Assembly: GCA_003649205.1 (NCBI GenBank)
Contig: QMRC01000003.1
Location: 128,001-192,000 of the forward strand
DNA: 64,000 nt
DNA from: Thermoprotei archaeon
Lineage (GTDB): Archaea; Thermoproteota; Thermoprotei; Thermoproteales; B15-G16
Reading direction: 5' to 3'
Shown here: positions 30,430-40,322 of the stretch, one piece after another
Layout: every line of letters starts with the position of its first letter
How positions within the stretch are numbered: position 1 is the stretch's first letter
Notes under the pieces: model-generated
Databases searched by the model: none
What the model was told of the DNA's origin: nothing
The model's input: the letters and a program-made list of their open reading frames with translations, nothing else
Program-made: the position numbers and the translations under genes

Positions 30430-31936
30430 TCACGACTTCTTTAGCTAGCTCTGGATCTGCCTTTATTGAGTCTATCATGAACTTTAGTGCCTCATCTGGC
30501 TTCATCTTACCCATCTCAACAGCTGCAATAGCGTCAAAGATTATCTTCTTGTACTTGCTCCATAGTGGGTGCATTGGCTCGAATGTCGTGTAGTCTAGCA
30601 TGTATGCTACATCGCTTAGGAACTTAGCTTTCTTCATCTCTGGGTGCTCTAGGCTTGCCTTTCTAACGGGTATGTGTGCACTGCCAACAGCGTGCTTTAC
30701 ATCGAATTCTGGTTGCGTTACTAGTGCTAGTATTAGTGCAGCTACTTCTGGGTGCTTGCTCTGGCTAGTTATGACGTAGACGAATGGGTGTGATAGTGTT
30801 ACTGGTTTTCCACCCTTGTATCCACTTGGTACTAGCATGAATATGAAGTTCTCCCACAGGTATGACTCAGGTACCTTACCTAGCTTGGGGTGGTATGGTA
30901 CTTTTTGCCACTCAGCCCAGTGCCATGTACCACCGAACCAGAATAATGTCTGTCCTGAGACAACTGCTGTGTGTATGGATCTCCAGGACCACGTTGTCAT
31001 GTCTGACGGTATCACCTTGTAGACCTGTGCACCCTTATAGAACCACTCCAAGGCCTTCAGCATTGCGCCCTTCTTCAGCACCATCTTACCTGTTGCTGGA
31101 TCCCATAACTTACCACCGTAAGCTAGGTAGATCTGCCACAGCTCTCCACCAGGTGTTGGTCTATGTAGTATACCGTACTTAACCAATCCCTTCTCAACTG
31201 CTTTCTTAGCTAGCTCTAGCATGTCGTCTAGTGTGAATTCTCCGCTCTTCACCTTCTCTGGTAGTGCAGCTATCTCCTCGTCTGTCCACCCAAGTGCTTT
31301 AAGTGCTGGCTTCCAAACGTAGACTGGTCTAGCTTCTGTATCCTGTGGTATTGCCCATATGTGTCCCTTGTAGGTTACAGCTTCCCACAGTGGTTTTGGT
31401 ATGTCGTAGAATGCGAGGTCCCAGTACTTCTCCACATACTCATCCAGTGGTATTATAATTCCCTTCTCCGCTAGCATTGGTATCCACTCGTGACCTACAG
31501 CAATTATGTCTGGTAGCTTACCCGCCTCATAAGCTAAGTAAATCTTCTTCTCGTACTCAGCCCATGGACCTCTGTGGTAGTACTTCTCAACAACCTTAAC
31601 TTCAGCTGTAATACCGAGTGTCTTCAGTAACTCTGTCAGTAGCTTTGCAGCAGCCTCTGGATTATTAACTCTAGTTACTGATGCTGGGTCACCAGCACCC
31701 CAAACCCTTAACTCAATGGTGACACCTTTCTTCAGTTCCTCTAGCTCACTCTTCAGTTTCTCGTACTCCTTCTTCAATTTCTCATACTCTTCAGGTGGAA
31801 TACCAGTGGGAGGTGGCGGTGTGGGTGGAGCTGGTGGTGCTGGTCTTGGTATGGCGTAGTAGCCAATTGCTATACCAATTACTAAGCCAACTATGAGAAG
31901 TACTATCGCTAAGGTTAATGCTCTCTTCTCAGCCAT
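30419..31936 (-). CDS. ABC substrate-binding protein (mirror copy)
   Basis: Identical to 3493..5010. Confidence 0.9.
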   Translation of the reverse strand: MAEKRALTLAIVLLIVGLVIGIAIGYYAIPRPAPPAPPTPPPPTGIPPEEYEKLKKEYEKLKSELEELKKGVTIELRVWGAGDPASVTRVNNPEAAAKLLTELLKTLGITAEVKVVEKYYHRGPWAEYEKKIYLAYEAGKLPDIIAVGHEWIPMLAEKGIIIPLDEYVEKYWDLAFYDIPKPLWEAVTYKGHIWAIPQDTEARPVYVWKPALKALGWTDEEIAALPEKVKSGEFTLDDMLELAKKAVEKGLVKYGILHRPTPGGELWQIYLAYGGKLWDPATGKMVLKKGAMLKALEWFYKGAQVYKVIPSDMTTWSWRSIHTAVVSGQTLFWFGGTWHWAEWQKVPYHPKLGKVPESYLWENFIFMLVPSGYKGGKPVTLSHPFVYVITSQSKHPEVAALILALVTQPEFDVKHAVGSAHIPVRKASLEHPEMKKAKFLSDVAYMLDYTTFEPMHPLWSKYKKIIFDAIAAVEMGKMKPDEALKFMIDSIKADPELAKEVVITE

Positions 31937-32100
31937 ATTAATGACCCTCGTGCTATAAGACACAATAGCCCTATTTAAAACTTTTCTATCCCGAATATAC
32001 GATATAGGGAAGATAAGAGGCTTAGTACCTTATATATTCACATTAATTTGCTAACTCATGAACATATATCCTTTGTATGTCTATGTAGGTTACTAGAGTT

Positions 32101-33378
32101 TTGGCGGGGGACTTCGCTTATATATCTGTATTGTGGTTGCTTTTGGGGGTTGCCTTGTCCTTAAGGTGGAGTGTTGTTGCTCTGTGTTTTGCGCTTGCTC
32201 TAATTGGTACTTCTGGTTTTAGGTTGCTAATTCCTGCTATCTCATACCTGTGTAGGTACGTCTTCGGTGTCTCTGCTCTTGCGCTTGCTCTCTTGACTGT
32301 TCTCTTTTTCGTTGCTAGGTCTATCTCCTCTGTCCTGGTTGGTAAATTATGTGAGGTTTATGGTAGGTTGAATGTAGTTGTGTTCATTGCTTTCTCTCTA
32401 TTTGCTTTAGTTTCCCTGCTATTTGCCTTTGCTGGCTCCATACATCTCGTCCTTGTTCTTAGGTTTGTGCAGGGTCTCCTAAGTGGTTTTGCTTGGGTTA
32501 CTGTTCAGCTCCTTCTTGGGCTTTCTGTTCCTAAGGAGTTTAGGGGTAGGGTTTTCGCTATCTACTTTATGCTTGGTTCTCTTGGTTTTTCCTTAGGAAA
32601 TTACCTGTACTCTGTGCTCTCTAGCTTTTCCCTATTATGGATTTGTTTTGTTGCTTTCTGCATGTACTGTGTTTGTGCTATCTTATCTCTACTCCTACCT
32701 TCGAGAGCTACGATTACTGGTATTCCCAGTGCTAACGTTCTTCGCGGTCTCTCATCTGTATTACGTGTTTTGAGGTTTGGTTTTCCTCTCTTTACTTTGC
32801 TCTTTGTTGTTCGTCTCTACTTCTCTATTGTTGGTGGTGAGCTGGGTTATGTGTACTTATGTGAGTTCACAGGTTTATCTATGGGGGTTGTTGCTAGGTT
32901 TCTAGCTATTGTTTCATTGATTTCCCTTGCTGTTAGCTATGGTATTGCTTGGTTGGGTGATAGATTTTCTGACTTACTTGCTCTATACCTATGTTCTCTA
33001 CTCCTAGTTGCTGGTTCCCTACTTCTTGCTGTCTCTAATGTGTCTCTTGTATTCCTTGGTTTCCTTCTCTTGTCGAGTAGTTTGAGGTCTCTAACACCTT
33101 TGTCTAGGAAATTTGCTACTACGTACTTTAGGTCTAGAGGTGTTGCTATTGGTCTCGTTAATTCTGTTACTAATTTAGGTGCTGCTCTTGGTGCTGTTTC
33201 TGCTGGTTATCTCTACGATGTTCTTGGTCTTGTGACTATATCTATTAGATTTCTTAGTACTTCTACTGATCTCTGTATTTTTACTCTTGTGTTAGCTCTC
33301 TTTGTATCTACTTTAGTTCTCTTCTCATGTCTCCTACTTCACATGTGGAGGTTTAGGTTAAAGAGCTCCAAATATTAG
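32101..33378 (+). CDS. MFS transporter (mirror copy)
   Basis: Identical to 2051..3328. Confidence 0.8.
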   Translation: MAGDFAYISVLWLLLGVALSLRWSVVALCFALALIGTSGFRLLIPAISYLCRYVFGVSALALALLTVLFFVARSISSVLVGKLCEVYGRLNVVVFIAFSLFALVSLLFAFAGSIHLVLVLRFVQGLLSGFAWVTVQLLLGLSVPKEFRGRVFAIYFMLGSLGFSLGNYLYSVLSSFSLLWICFVAFCMYCVCAILSLLLPSRATITGIPSANVLRGLSSVLRVLRFGFPLFTLLFVVRLYFSIVGGELGYVYLCEFTGLSMGVVARFLAIVSLISLAVSYGIAWLGDRFSDLLALYLCSLLLVAGSLLLAVSNVSLVFLGFLLLSSSLRSLTPLSRKFATTYFRSRGVAIGLVNSVTNLGAALGAVSAGYLYDVLGLVTISIRFLSTSTDLCIFTLVLALFVSTLVLFSCLLLHMWRFRLKSSKY

Positions 33379-34761
33379 GATTAATGCTGCTATTAATAGT
33401 GGTGATGTAGCTATGAGTAGGTACATAAGTAGCCTCACTACCAGGGCTCTGGGTACCTTGCTAGCTACTGCATAGAGTAGCTTGTTCAGTATTGCTGCTA
33501 GTGTTGTCAGCATGACGCTTATGCTTACGACCTTCTCACTTGCTAGACCTACCTGCAGTAGTGATAGTGCTGAGAATATCATTGCTTCAGAGCTAACTAA
33601 TCCACCTAGGATCGATAGTGTTAGTAGTCCTTTATCGCTGAAGTACATTGTTGCTAGAGTCGTCATGACGAGAATTGCTGCGAATAGTAGGCAGTACTTG
33701 ATTGCTGCTCTATAGTTTATTGGTGAGGTTAGTGATGGTACCTCTTCACCACGGATATTCATATTGGTGCTTACCTGTGGTTTGCTCTGAATTAGTTTGA
33801 GTTTAATTGGTATGTAGAGTGCGAGTGCTGTTGCTAGTAGTGCTAACATAGTTAGTACTGTGTACCTACTAATCTCTGCTGTTATAGCCATCGTGTATCT
33901 GAGGAATGTGAATATGAGTAGATTTCGTATCACCATAGCTAGATTAGCTGAGAGGATACCACCTAGCACTAGGTTGCTAACTGCATTCCTGAAACCTAAT
34001 TTCTGACCTAGTACAATTAGGTTTATTGTAGTTGCTTCACTGTGTACTAGACCTCCAAAGAATGCGAAGTAGGTCAATGCTCTCATACCACACATCTTCA
34101 CAACCATGTAGCCTATGTAGGAGATGATGAGGATTATCACGAAGAATATGTAGAGTGTCTTGAAATTGACTACGTGGAGTAGTGGATCGTAGATGTCTCT
34201 AGCTAGGAAGGGACCAAGTAGGAAGACTATGATACCTATCTCAAGAGCTGATAGGAGTTCCCTATACGTGACACCTCTAATCGCTTTAACTATATGGAGC
34301 TTAACTGCTAGCATGAATGTGATTAGTACAGAGAGAGCAACAGCTTCAAGTACGTAACCTAAACCAACAAGAACCCCAAGGACATAGGCTAGTCCTAAAG
34401 CTAGTGGAGTTGTTATTCCACTCTCCTTGAGAATGAGCATTCTATGGATTATAAAGAACAGGATTGTGAAGATGGGTGGTAGTATTAGTGGGATTAGTAC
34501 GTACTGAGCTATGTCGCTAGGCATGTAGTAGGGCGCTATTATTGTCAAGGCACCGAGTAAGCTCACGAAACCAAAGCTTCTAACACCTGGAAACTCCTTG
34601 ACATCCTCCGTATTGCCACTCTCGGCAGCTTCCTGCTTAGCCTTCTCTCTCTCAAGCCCTATGAGTGCACCAACAGCAAATGCAATGAGTGACTTCATGA
34701 GAAGTGTCCACTCAACACTCGTATTCAATCCGTGAATAACCATATCTAGCACCTGAAGCAA
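33358..34761 (-). CDS. MgtC/SapB-DUF4010 membrane protein (mirror copy)
   Basis: Identical to 668..2071. Confidence 0.85.
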   Translation of the reverse strand: MLQVLDMVIHGLNTSVEWTLLMKSLIAFAVGALIGLEREKAKQEAAESGNTEDVKEFPGVRSFGFVSLLGALTIIAPYYMPSDIAQYVLIPLILPPIFTILFFIIHRMLILKESGITTPLALGLAYVLGVLVGLGYVLEAVALSVLITFMLAVKLHIVKAIRGVTYRELLSALEIGIIVFLLGPFLARDIYDPLLHVVNFKTLYIFFVIILIISYIGYMVVKMCGMRALTYFAFFGGLVHSEATTINLIVLGQKLGFRNAVSNLVLGGILSANLAMVIRNLLIFTFLRYTMAITAEISRYTVLTMLALLATALALYIPIKLKLIQSKPQVSTNMNIRGEEVPSLTSPINYRAAIKYCLLFAAILVMTTLATMYFSDKGLLTLSILGGLVSSEAMIFSALSLLQVGLASEKVVSISVMLTTLAAILNKLLYAVASKVPRALVVRLLMYLLIATSPLLIAALILIFGAL

Positions 34762-34980
34762 AGACCATATCCTGACCTACTTAAATTCATTACTGTTATA
34801 ACAGTGACTTTAGTCCTTTATACACATTTTTATTTCTCTACCAATAGATTTATCGCTATAGTATAAGTGTTACACCACGTAAGTTATGTCTAGGTATAGC
34901 TAGTGTTTTTATCAGCGGTGCTAATGTTGTGTGGTTAAGGAGTAGACTTCTTATCCTTTACTCATGATCCTACCTATGAG

Positions 34981-35517
34981 GTGTTTATTGTGTCTTCGAG
35001 TGTTGTACCTGTGTATGCTCAGGGTTTCTTCATTATGTCGAGACTTGGCCGTGTAACTCAAATTGTTGTCTTTGATTACTATGATCCTGAGAAGTACTAC
35101 CTATCGCTACTGAGGAGAGGTTCTCTTGAGGAGGAACTGTCGAGAATTGAGGAAAATATGCAGTACTTTCTCGATGAGGAGAGGGTCTACATAAATGGTG
35201 TTCGGACCTACCCTAAGGTCATCTCTACCACTCTTAGTTTCCGTGGTGATGTGACTAGACCTTACATTACCTTCATTATTGAGTTTAGTGGTCCTATTAG
35301 GGCTGGTTTGAATAAGTACGAGGATTACTATGAGGAGGAGGTTGTTGAGTATGATTATGAGTTTACATGGTTTTTCCCTGAGGGTTGGAGAGTTAGAGGT
35401 GCTGAGCTTGCTGTTCCTTATGAGATTATTGAGGATAGGGTACTTGTTGCTAGGGTTAAGAAGGGTACTAAGGTCGGTCCTTACGAAGCCATCTTATTTG
35501 AGGTAGGGGAGAAGTAA
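34981..35517 (+). CDS. Hypothetical protein (178 aa, acidic, beta-rich)
   Basis: Uninterrupted ORF with host-like codon usage; no recognised motif. Confidence 0.75.
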   Translation: MFIVSSSVVPVYAQGFFIMSRLGRVTQIVVFDYYDPEKYYLSLLRRGSLEEELSRIEENMQYFLDEERVYINGVRTYPKVISTTLSFRGDVTRPYITFIIEFSGPIRAGLNKYEDYYEEEVVEYDYEFTWFFPEGWRVRGAELAVPYEIIEDRVLVARVKKGTKVGPYEAILFEVGEK

Positions 35518-35571
35518 TCAGTCGCTCCCCCTTCAATCACCTACTCATTCCTCACCTCCTTCTCATCACGG
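35516..35571 (-). ncRNA. C/D-box sRNA candidate
   Basis: Minus strand: GTGATGA (C) gaaggaggtgagga ATGA (D') gtag GTGATTGA (C') agggggagcga CTGA (D); intergenic. Confidence 0.75.
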
Positions 35572-35580
35572 AGCCCTGGT

Positions 35581-35793
35581 TTACTGATCTGGTTTAGTCT
35601 TGACTACTCCTCCGAACTTCTTAACTATTTGAGCTATATTAGTTGTACCTGTTGATTCTGCTTTCGTACTCTCTACCCTAGTCTTTGTACTCGTGATTTT
35701 CTGTGCTTTAACTGCCTTAACTGCTCCTTTCGCCATTGGGTTAGCCCCACTCGCTAATGCTGCTCTCACTCCTGCTCTAGCTTTCATACTCAC
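35581..35793 (-). CDS. Small basic hypothetical protein (70 aa)
   Basis: GGGTGTGA SD-like element before ATG; Lys/Ala/Thr-rich; fills the gap after the permease. Confidence 0.55.
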   Translation of the reverse strand: MSMKARAGVRAALASGANPMAKGAVKAVKAQKITSTKTRVESTKAESTGTTNIAQIVKKFGGVVKTKPDQ

Positions 35794-35843
35794 ACCCGTA
35801 CTAGTACTGGTTCTGAGGATTAATTAATTCAGCGAGTCTTAAA

Positions 35844-36707
35844 TTACCTGAGTACACGACCAAATGCTAGTCCGCGTATCATGTACTTCTGCACGTATAG
35901 TGATAGCAAGAGCACAGGTAGCGCTGATGTCAGTCCTGAAGCTGCTAACCTACCCCACTCAATCTTAAATTCATAGATGTACGTAGCTACCCTCACCGTA
36001 ACTGTGTACTTCTCTGGTGAATTAATGAACACAAGTGCATACAGGAACTCATTCCATGTCAGTATGACAGATAGTATCATTGTAGCTATGAGACCTGGTA
36101 ATGCTAGTGGTAGTATTATCGATGTCCATACTCTAACCCTCGATGCACCATCTATGAGTGCAGCCTCCTCAATTTCTCTAGGTATTTCACGGAAGAATCC
36201 AAGTAGAATCCACACTACATACGGTAGTGTGTAGACTTGGTACGCAATCATGAGTCCAAATCTCGTATCTATCAAACCCAGTGTCCTCAGTACCATGAAG
36301 AGAGGTATTGCGAGTACTATCGGTGGTAACATCCTAACGACTAAGACCCAGGTAAGGAATAGAGAATCTACGAAACGCGGTACACCTATCCTAACTAGAG
36401 CATAAGCTGCTAGAGAACCAATGAGGAGCGATATGATGGTAGCTCCTAGTGAGACCACTAGTGAATTGAGGATGTAGATGTAGAACTTGTCCTCAACCAT
36501 CAACTTAACGTAGTTCATGAGTGTCGGGTGAAGAGGATAGGGTAGTGATGGATACATTAACACTTCCCATTCAGGTCTAAACGAAGTTACGATAACCCAG
36601 TACAGTGGGAAGAAGGTCCATACTAAGACTACAGCTATGAGAACTCCATGTATTACCTTACCAATTAGTAGATGAATTAATCTAGACCTACGAACCAAAG
36701 ACGTCAC
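35844..36707 (-). CDS. Carbohydrate ABC permease (MalG type)
   Basis: FFPLYWVIVTSFR, NSLVV, EEAALIDGAS, WNEF. Confidence 0.92.
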   Translation of the reverse strand: MTSLVRRSRLIHLLIGKVIHGVLIAVVLVWTFFPLYWVIVTSFRPEWEVLMYPSLPYPLHPTLMNYVKLMVEDKFYIYILNSLVVSLGATIISLLIGSLAAYALVRIGVPRFVDSLFLTWVLVVRMLPPIVLAIPLFMVLRTLGLIDTRFGLMIAYQVYTLPYVVWILLGFFREIPREIEEAALIDGASRVRVWTSIILPLALPGLIATMILSVILTWNEFLYALVFINSPEKYTVTVRVATYIYEFKIEWGRLAASGLTSALPVLLLSLYVQKYMIRGLAFGRVLR

Positions 36708-37567
36708 CTCCTCCTCGTTATGTATAGGTAGAGCATGACTATAGTCAAGACAGTAGCTAGCATTATAACAGCTTCAGCACTACCAAGACCAAAGTCGTAG
36801 TACCTAAATGCAGTCTTGTAGATGACGAAGGTCAGTACCTCGGTAGCATTACCTGGTCCACCAGCTGTAAGTGCGTAGACCTTATCGAAGACTCTAAAGG
36901 TGTCGATTATCCTCAAAAGCGCAACAACAACTATCTGGGGCTTGAGTAGTGGTAGTATGTGGTATCTAGTTAACTGAAGTCTATTTGCCCCATCTATCAT
37001 AGCTGCCTCATATATTTCACGTGGTATTGAGAGGATACTTGTGTAGAGGATAAGAAAGACAAATGGTGTGTACTGCCATACATCCACCAGCACTATAGAC
37101 CACATAGCTACTCTTGGATCACCTAACCAGTTGATCTTAGGTAGATTACATGCTGTTAAGATTGCATTCAATACACCGAATTCTGTATGCAGCATTATCC
37201 TCCAGAAGCTACACACAACTATCGTAGGTAACATCATCGGTAGTATAACGAGTGGAGCTATGTACTTCCTACCGTAGAACTCCCAAGCAAATATAAGTGC
37301 AAACACAAGACCTAGAGCTACTTCACTTACTGTTGCTCCAAAAACGAAGAGTAAGGTGTTTAGGAAGGATATCCTGAAGAGCCTATTGCTGAGAGCTGAT
37401 AGGTAATTAGCTATATTAACGAACTCAAAGGTGAGCTTGGGGTAGAATGATACCTTGTGTAGAGATAGGTAAAAAACATAGATTATTGGGTAGAGGGTTA
37501 GAAGTGCCATTACTATTATCGCTGGTAGTGCTAGCAGAAGTCCAATGTGATGCTGTTTTAACTTCAT
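36704..37567 (-). CDS. Carbohydrate ABC permease (MalF type)
   Basis: DVWQYTPF, YEAAMIDGAN, FRVFD, T.GGPG. Confidence 0.92.
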   Translation of the reverse strand: MKLKQHHIGLLLALPAIIVMALLTLYPIIYVFYLSLHKVSFYPKLTFEFVNIANYLSALSNRLFRISFLNTLLFVFGATVSEVALGLVFALIFAWEFYGRKYIAPLVILPMMLPTIVVCSFWRIMLHTEFGVLNAILTACNLPKINWLGDPRVAMWSIVLVDVWQYTPFVFLILYTSILSIPREIYEAAMIDGANRLQLTRYHILPLLKPQIVVVALLRIIDTFRVFDKVYALTAGGPGNATEVLTFVIYKTAFRYYDFGLGSAEAVIMLATVLTIVMLYLYITRRR

Positions 37568-37580
37568 GGTATTGAGTCAC

Positions 37581-38849
37581 CTATCCAAGTAACTTTGTGA
37601 GTTCTTCCTGAGCTTTCTTTAATGCCTCTTCTGGTGATAACTCACCTATTAATGCGGCATGTATGTAGGTTGCGAGTATGTCCTCTATCTTCTTCCAGAC
37701 AGGTACTCTAGGTCTCATCTTTGCTGTCATCAGTGCTTCGAGCTGTACTGGGTACCATGGGTACTTCTTGACTAGGTCAGGATCTTTGTAGAGATCAGCT
37801 ATGGTTGGTGGTACACCTGCTTCTAGTGCTATCTTCTTCTGCATTTCCTTACTCAGTGTGAAGAGTATGAACTCGAGTGCGAGGTCCTTGTTCTTCGACG
37901 TTACTGGGATACCTAGTAGCCAAGCACCTATCATAGGTCTTGCTCCTGGTGGTGGTATTATCTTGACCTTACCAACTACCTTAGACTTCTCTGGATTCTC
38001 TAGGTCAGGTACCCATGCTGGCCACACTTCACCTACTATGGCAACCTTACCACCCAGCAAGTATGCTCTAACCTCTGCAGAGCCGAAGTTCTCCGTACCT
38101 GGTGGACAATACTTCTTCAACTCAATGAATACCTTCAGTGCTTTCACTGCCTCAGGTGAGTACACTGCTGGCTTACCTCTCTCATCTAGTATCTTAGCAC
38201 CATAAGCCCAGAATATTGGTAGGAAGTTAGTGACAACAGGATTACCCTTCTTACCTCTAATCACATAACCATAGATTCCTTCCTTCTCCATTATTATCTT
38301 AGCTGCTCTTAACACATCTTCCCATGTCTTAGGTTCTGGTAGACCATACTTCTCAAATAGATCCTTCCTGTACGCAAATAACTGTACATTACCTACGTAC
38401 GGTAGTGCGTAGAGTCTTCCCTTGTACTTACATACCTCTAGGCAGGTCGGTATGAAGCCTAGCTCCTCAACCTTAATACCCTTCTTCTTCAGCATCTCAC
38501 CAATATCAACTAAGAAGCCCTTGTCAGCAAACTCTGCTAACCATGGATCATCTAGCATCACTACATCAAAAGCACCTGTCTTCTCCATCATCTCCGTCAC
38601 TAACTTATCGTGTAATGCTGCATAGCCGAAGTCCTGTACAACAACCTCAATACCATACTTCTTAGAGAACTCTCTCGCAGCTATCTTCAAACCCTCAGCG
38701 TACGTACCTGATCTAGCTGCAATAACTAACTTCTTCGGTGCTTTAGGTGGTGCTACATAGTAGGTTAAAGCTAGGTACCCCACTATGGCCGCTACAATTA
38801 CTACTATGACTACAATTGCTATGAGTACCGTACGTGAGATACCTCTCAA
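37581..38849 (-). CDS. Sugar/polyol ABC substrate-binding protein (no ATPase adjacent)
   Basis: N-terminal anchor, FDVVMLD, YKGRLYALP, YRKDLFEK, PKTWED; SD GGAGGTG. Confidence 0.9.
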   Translation of the reverse strand: MRGISRTVLIAIVVIVVIVAAIVGYLALTYYVAPPKAPKKLVIAARSGTYAEGLKIAAREFSKKYGIEVVVQDFGYAALHDKLVTEMMEKTGAFDVVMLDDPWLAEFADKGFLVDIGEMLKKKGIKVEELGFIPTCLEVCKYKGRLYALPYVGNVQLFAYRKDLFEKYGLPEPKTWEDVLRAAKIIMEKEGIYGYVIRGKKGNPVVTNFLPIFWAYGAKILDERGKPAVYSPEAVKALKVFIELKKYCPPGTENFGSAEVRAYLLGGKVAIVGEVWPAWVPDLENPEKSKVVGKVKIIPPPGARPMIGAWLLGIPVTSKNKDLALEFILFTLSKEMQKKIALEAGVPPTIADLYKDPDLVKKYPWYPVQLEALMTAKMRPRVPVWKKIEDILATYIHAALIGELSPEEALKKAQEELTKLLG

Positions 38850-39012
38850 CCTCTACACCTCCTACTCAATGTTACTCAACGTAATTAAGTATCTAACGAG
38901 GTATTTAAGTATTTATTGTAGTAGTTAGACTTGGGTGGTCTAGTCAATGCACTAGATATCGAATATAGATAATTAAGCTCCCTATTTATACTCATTACTC
39001 TCGGCTTTAACT

Positions 39013-39068
39013 ACATCAGCGGACTGCTATTCGGTCACGAATATCCCCACTTAGCCTGTTCATCATCT
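39013..39068 (-). ncRNA. C/D-box sRNA candidate
   Basis: Minus strand: ATGATGA (C) acaggctaagtg GGGA (degenerate D') tattc GTGACCGA (degenerate C') atagcagtccg CTGA (D); A-rich TATA-like element about 25 nt upstream. Confidence 0.65.
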
Positions 39069-39123
39069 ATTACCTTGGATTTGAAGAGAGTTTTTATGTG
39101 TTGATCTGTGTAGCCCCTACTAG

Positions 39124-40251
39124 GTGTCTACTGTGAGTCTGTGGTATGTACTGAGGCCGGATGCTATTAAGGTTTGGGAGAATCCTGTTGTTGTTGAGAG
39201 GTTGAGGTGGTACTACGATGTTATGAGAGATAGAAAGCCTGCTAAGTTCATGATATGTAAGAGGTTGGATGCTGGTTGTGATCCATCGAAGCTATCTCTC
39301 GAGGAGCTTTGGAAGCTCCATGATGATCTCAGTAAGGAGTTTGGTCGTGTGTGGTCCATGATTTGTAGTGATGAGCTAAGTCTTGATGAGTTACCTAGAC
39401 CTAAGTTCAGTTACCTAGATGTCAAGATTGAAATCGCTAAGAGAATTCTACTGAGTTGTCACTTCTGTGAACATAGGTGTGGTGTCAATAGGTTAAGTGG
39501 TGAGAGAGGTTTCTGTCGTCTAGATTACAGAACATACGTACATTCGTGGTTTCACCACTATGGTGAGGAAGCGCCATTAGTACCTAGTGGAACGATTTTC
39601 TACGGTAGCTGTAACTTCAGATGTGTATTCTGTCAGAACTGGGATATCAGTCAGGAGCACCCACTAGATGGTGTAGAGGTTGATGCTTGGAGATTGGCTC
39701 TCATGCAGAAGGAATTGAGGAAGACAGGTGCTAGAAATATCAATCACGTAGGTGGTGAACCAACACCAAATCTACACACCATACTTGAGTCACTGAAGTA
39801 CCTCGATGTGAATGTCCCACAGCTCTGGAATAGCAATATGTACTGTAGTGTGGAGACAATGAAGTTGCTGAAGGACGTCATTGACATTTGGTTACCTGAC
39901 TTCAAGTACGGTAACAACAAGTGTGCAGAGAGATTATCAGGTATTAAGAACTACTGGGAGGTGGTAACGAGAAATCTCAAGATAGCTGCTGAGTCAGCGC
40001 CCATGATAATAAGGCACTTAGTACTACCAAATCACATTGAGTGCTGTACAAGACCTGTACTCAAGTGGATTGCTGATAATATAAAGGATAAGGTACTTGT
40101 TAACGTCATGGAGCAGTACAGACCTGAATGGTTGGTGAGTAAGTACCCAGAGAAGTGGCCTGATATCAGTAGGAGACTTAGGAGTAGTGAAATTGAGGAG
40201 GCGTACGCTATTGCTAGAGAGCTAGGTATAGTGTATGAACCGGTTTCGTAG
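39124..40251 (+). CDS. Radical SAM protein, PflX (COG1313)-like
   Basis: C..CEHRC..NR....GFC, H.GEE.PLVPSGTIF, CNFRCVFCQN, GGEPTP, RHLVLP. Confidence 0.9.
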   Translation: MSTVSLWYVLRPDAIKVWENPVVVERLRWYYDVMRDRKPAKFMICKRLDAGCDPSKLSLEELWKLHDDLSKEFGRVWSMICSDELSLDELPRPKFSYLDVKIEIAKRILLSCHFCEHRCGVNRLSGERGFCRLDYRTYVHSWFHHYGEEAPLVPSGTIFYGSCNFRCVFCQNWDISQEHPLDGVEVDAWRLALMQKELRKTGARNINHVGGEPTPNLHTILESLKYLDVNVPQLWNSNMYCSVETMKLLKDVIDIWLPDFKYGNNKCAERLSGIKNYWEVVTRNLKIAAESAPMIIRHLVLPNHIECCTRPVLKWIADNIKDKVLVNVMEQYRPEWLVSKYPEKWPDISRRLRSSEIEEAYAIARELGIVYEPVS

Positions 40252-40253
40252 GG

Positions 40254-40322
40254 GATGTCCGTGAGGTGCCAGCCCTACCTTCATAGACCCCAATGTGGGG
40301 TCTCTGGTAGGTCGGCTGTACT
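40254..40322 (-). ncRNA. K-turn hairpin RNA, H/ACA-like candidate
   Basis: Minus strand CCTACC-AGA-GACCCCA-cat-TGGGGTC-TATGA-A-GGTAGG forms a K-turn; ACA 15 nt after the stem; TATAAAAA at 40349-40342. Confidence 0.5.

Larger units (their letters stand above)
1..35428. repeat. Giant spacer-less inverted repeat (arms 1-17714 and 17715-35428)
   Basis: All ORF pairs are identical, with coordinates summing to 35429 (e.g. 668..2071+ / 33358..34761-). Position 1 onward is the reverse complement of 35428 backward. The axis reads CCCGGCCG|CGGCCGGG at 17714/17715. Spot-checked, not compared base by base. Confidence 0.99.

Noticed and set aside
1-35428. Treating the mirrored genes as true paralogs or a composite transposon
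   Set aside because: No divergence, no spacer, no transposase or target-site duplication; one fold-back event explains all copies.
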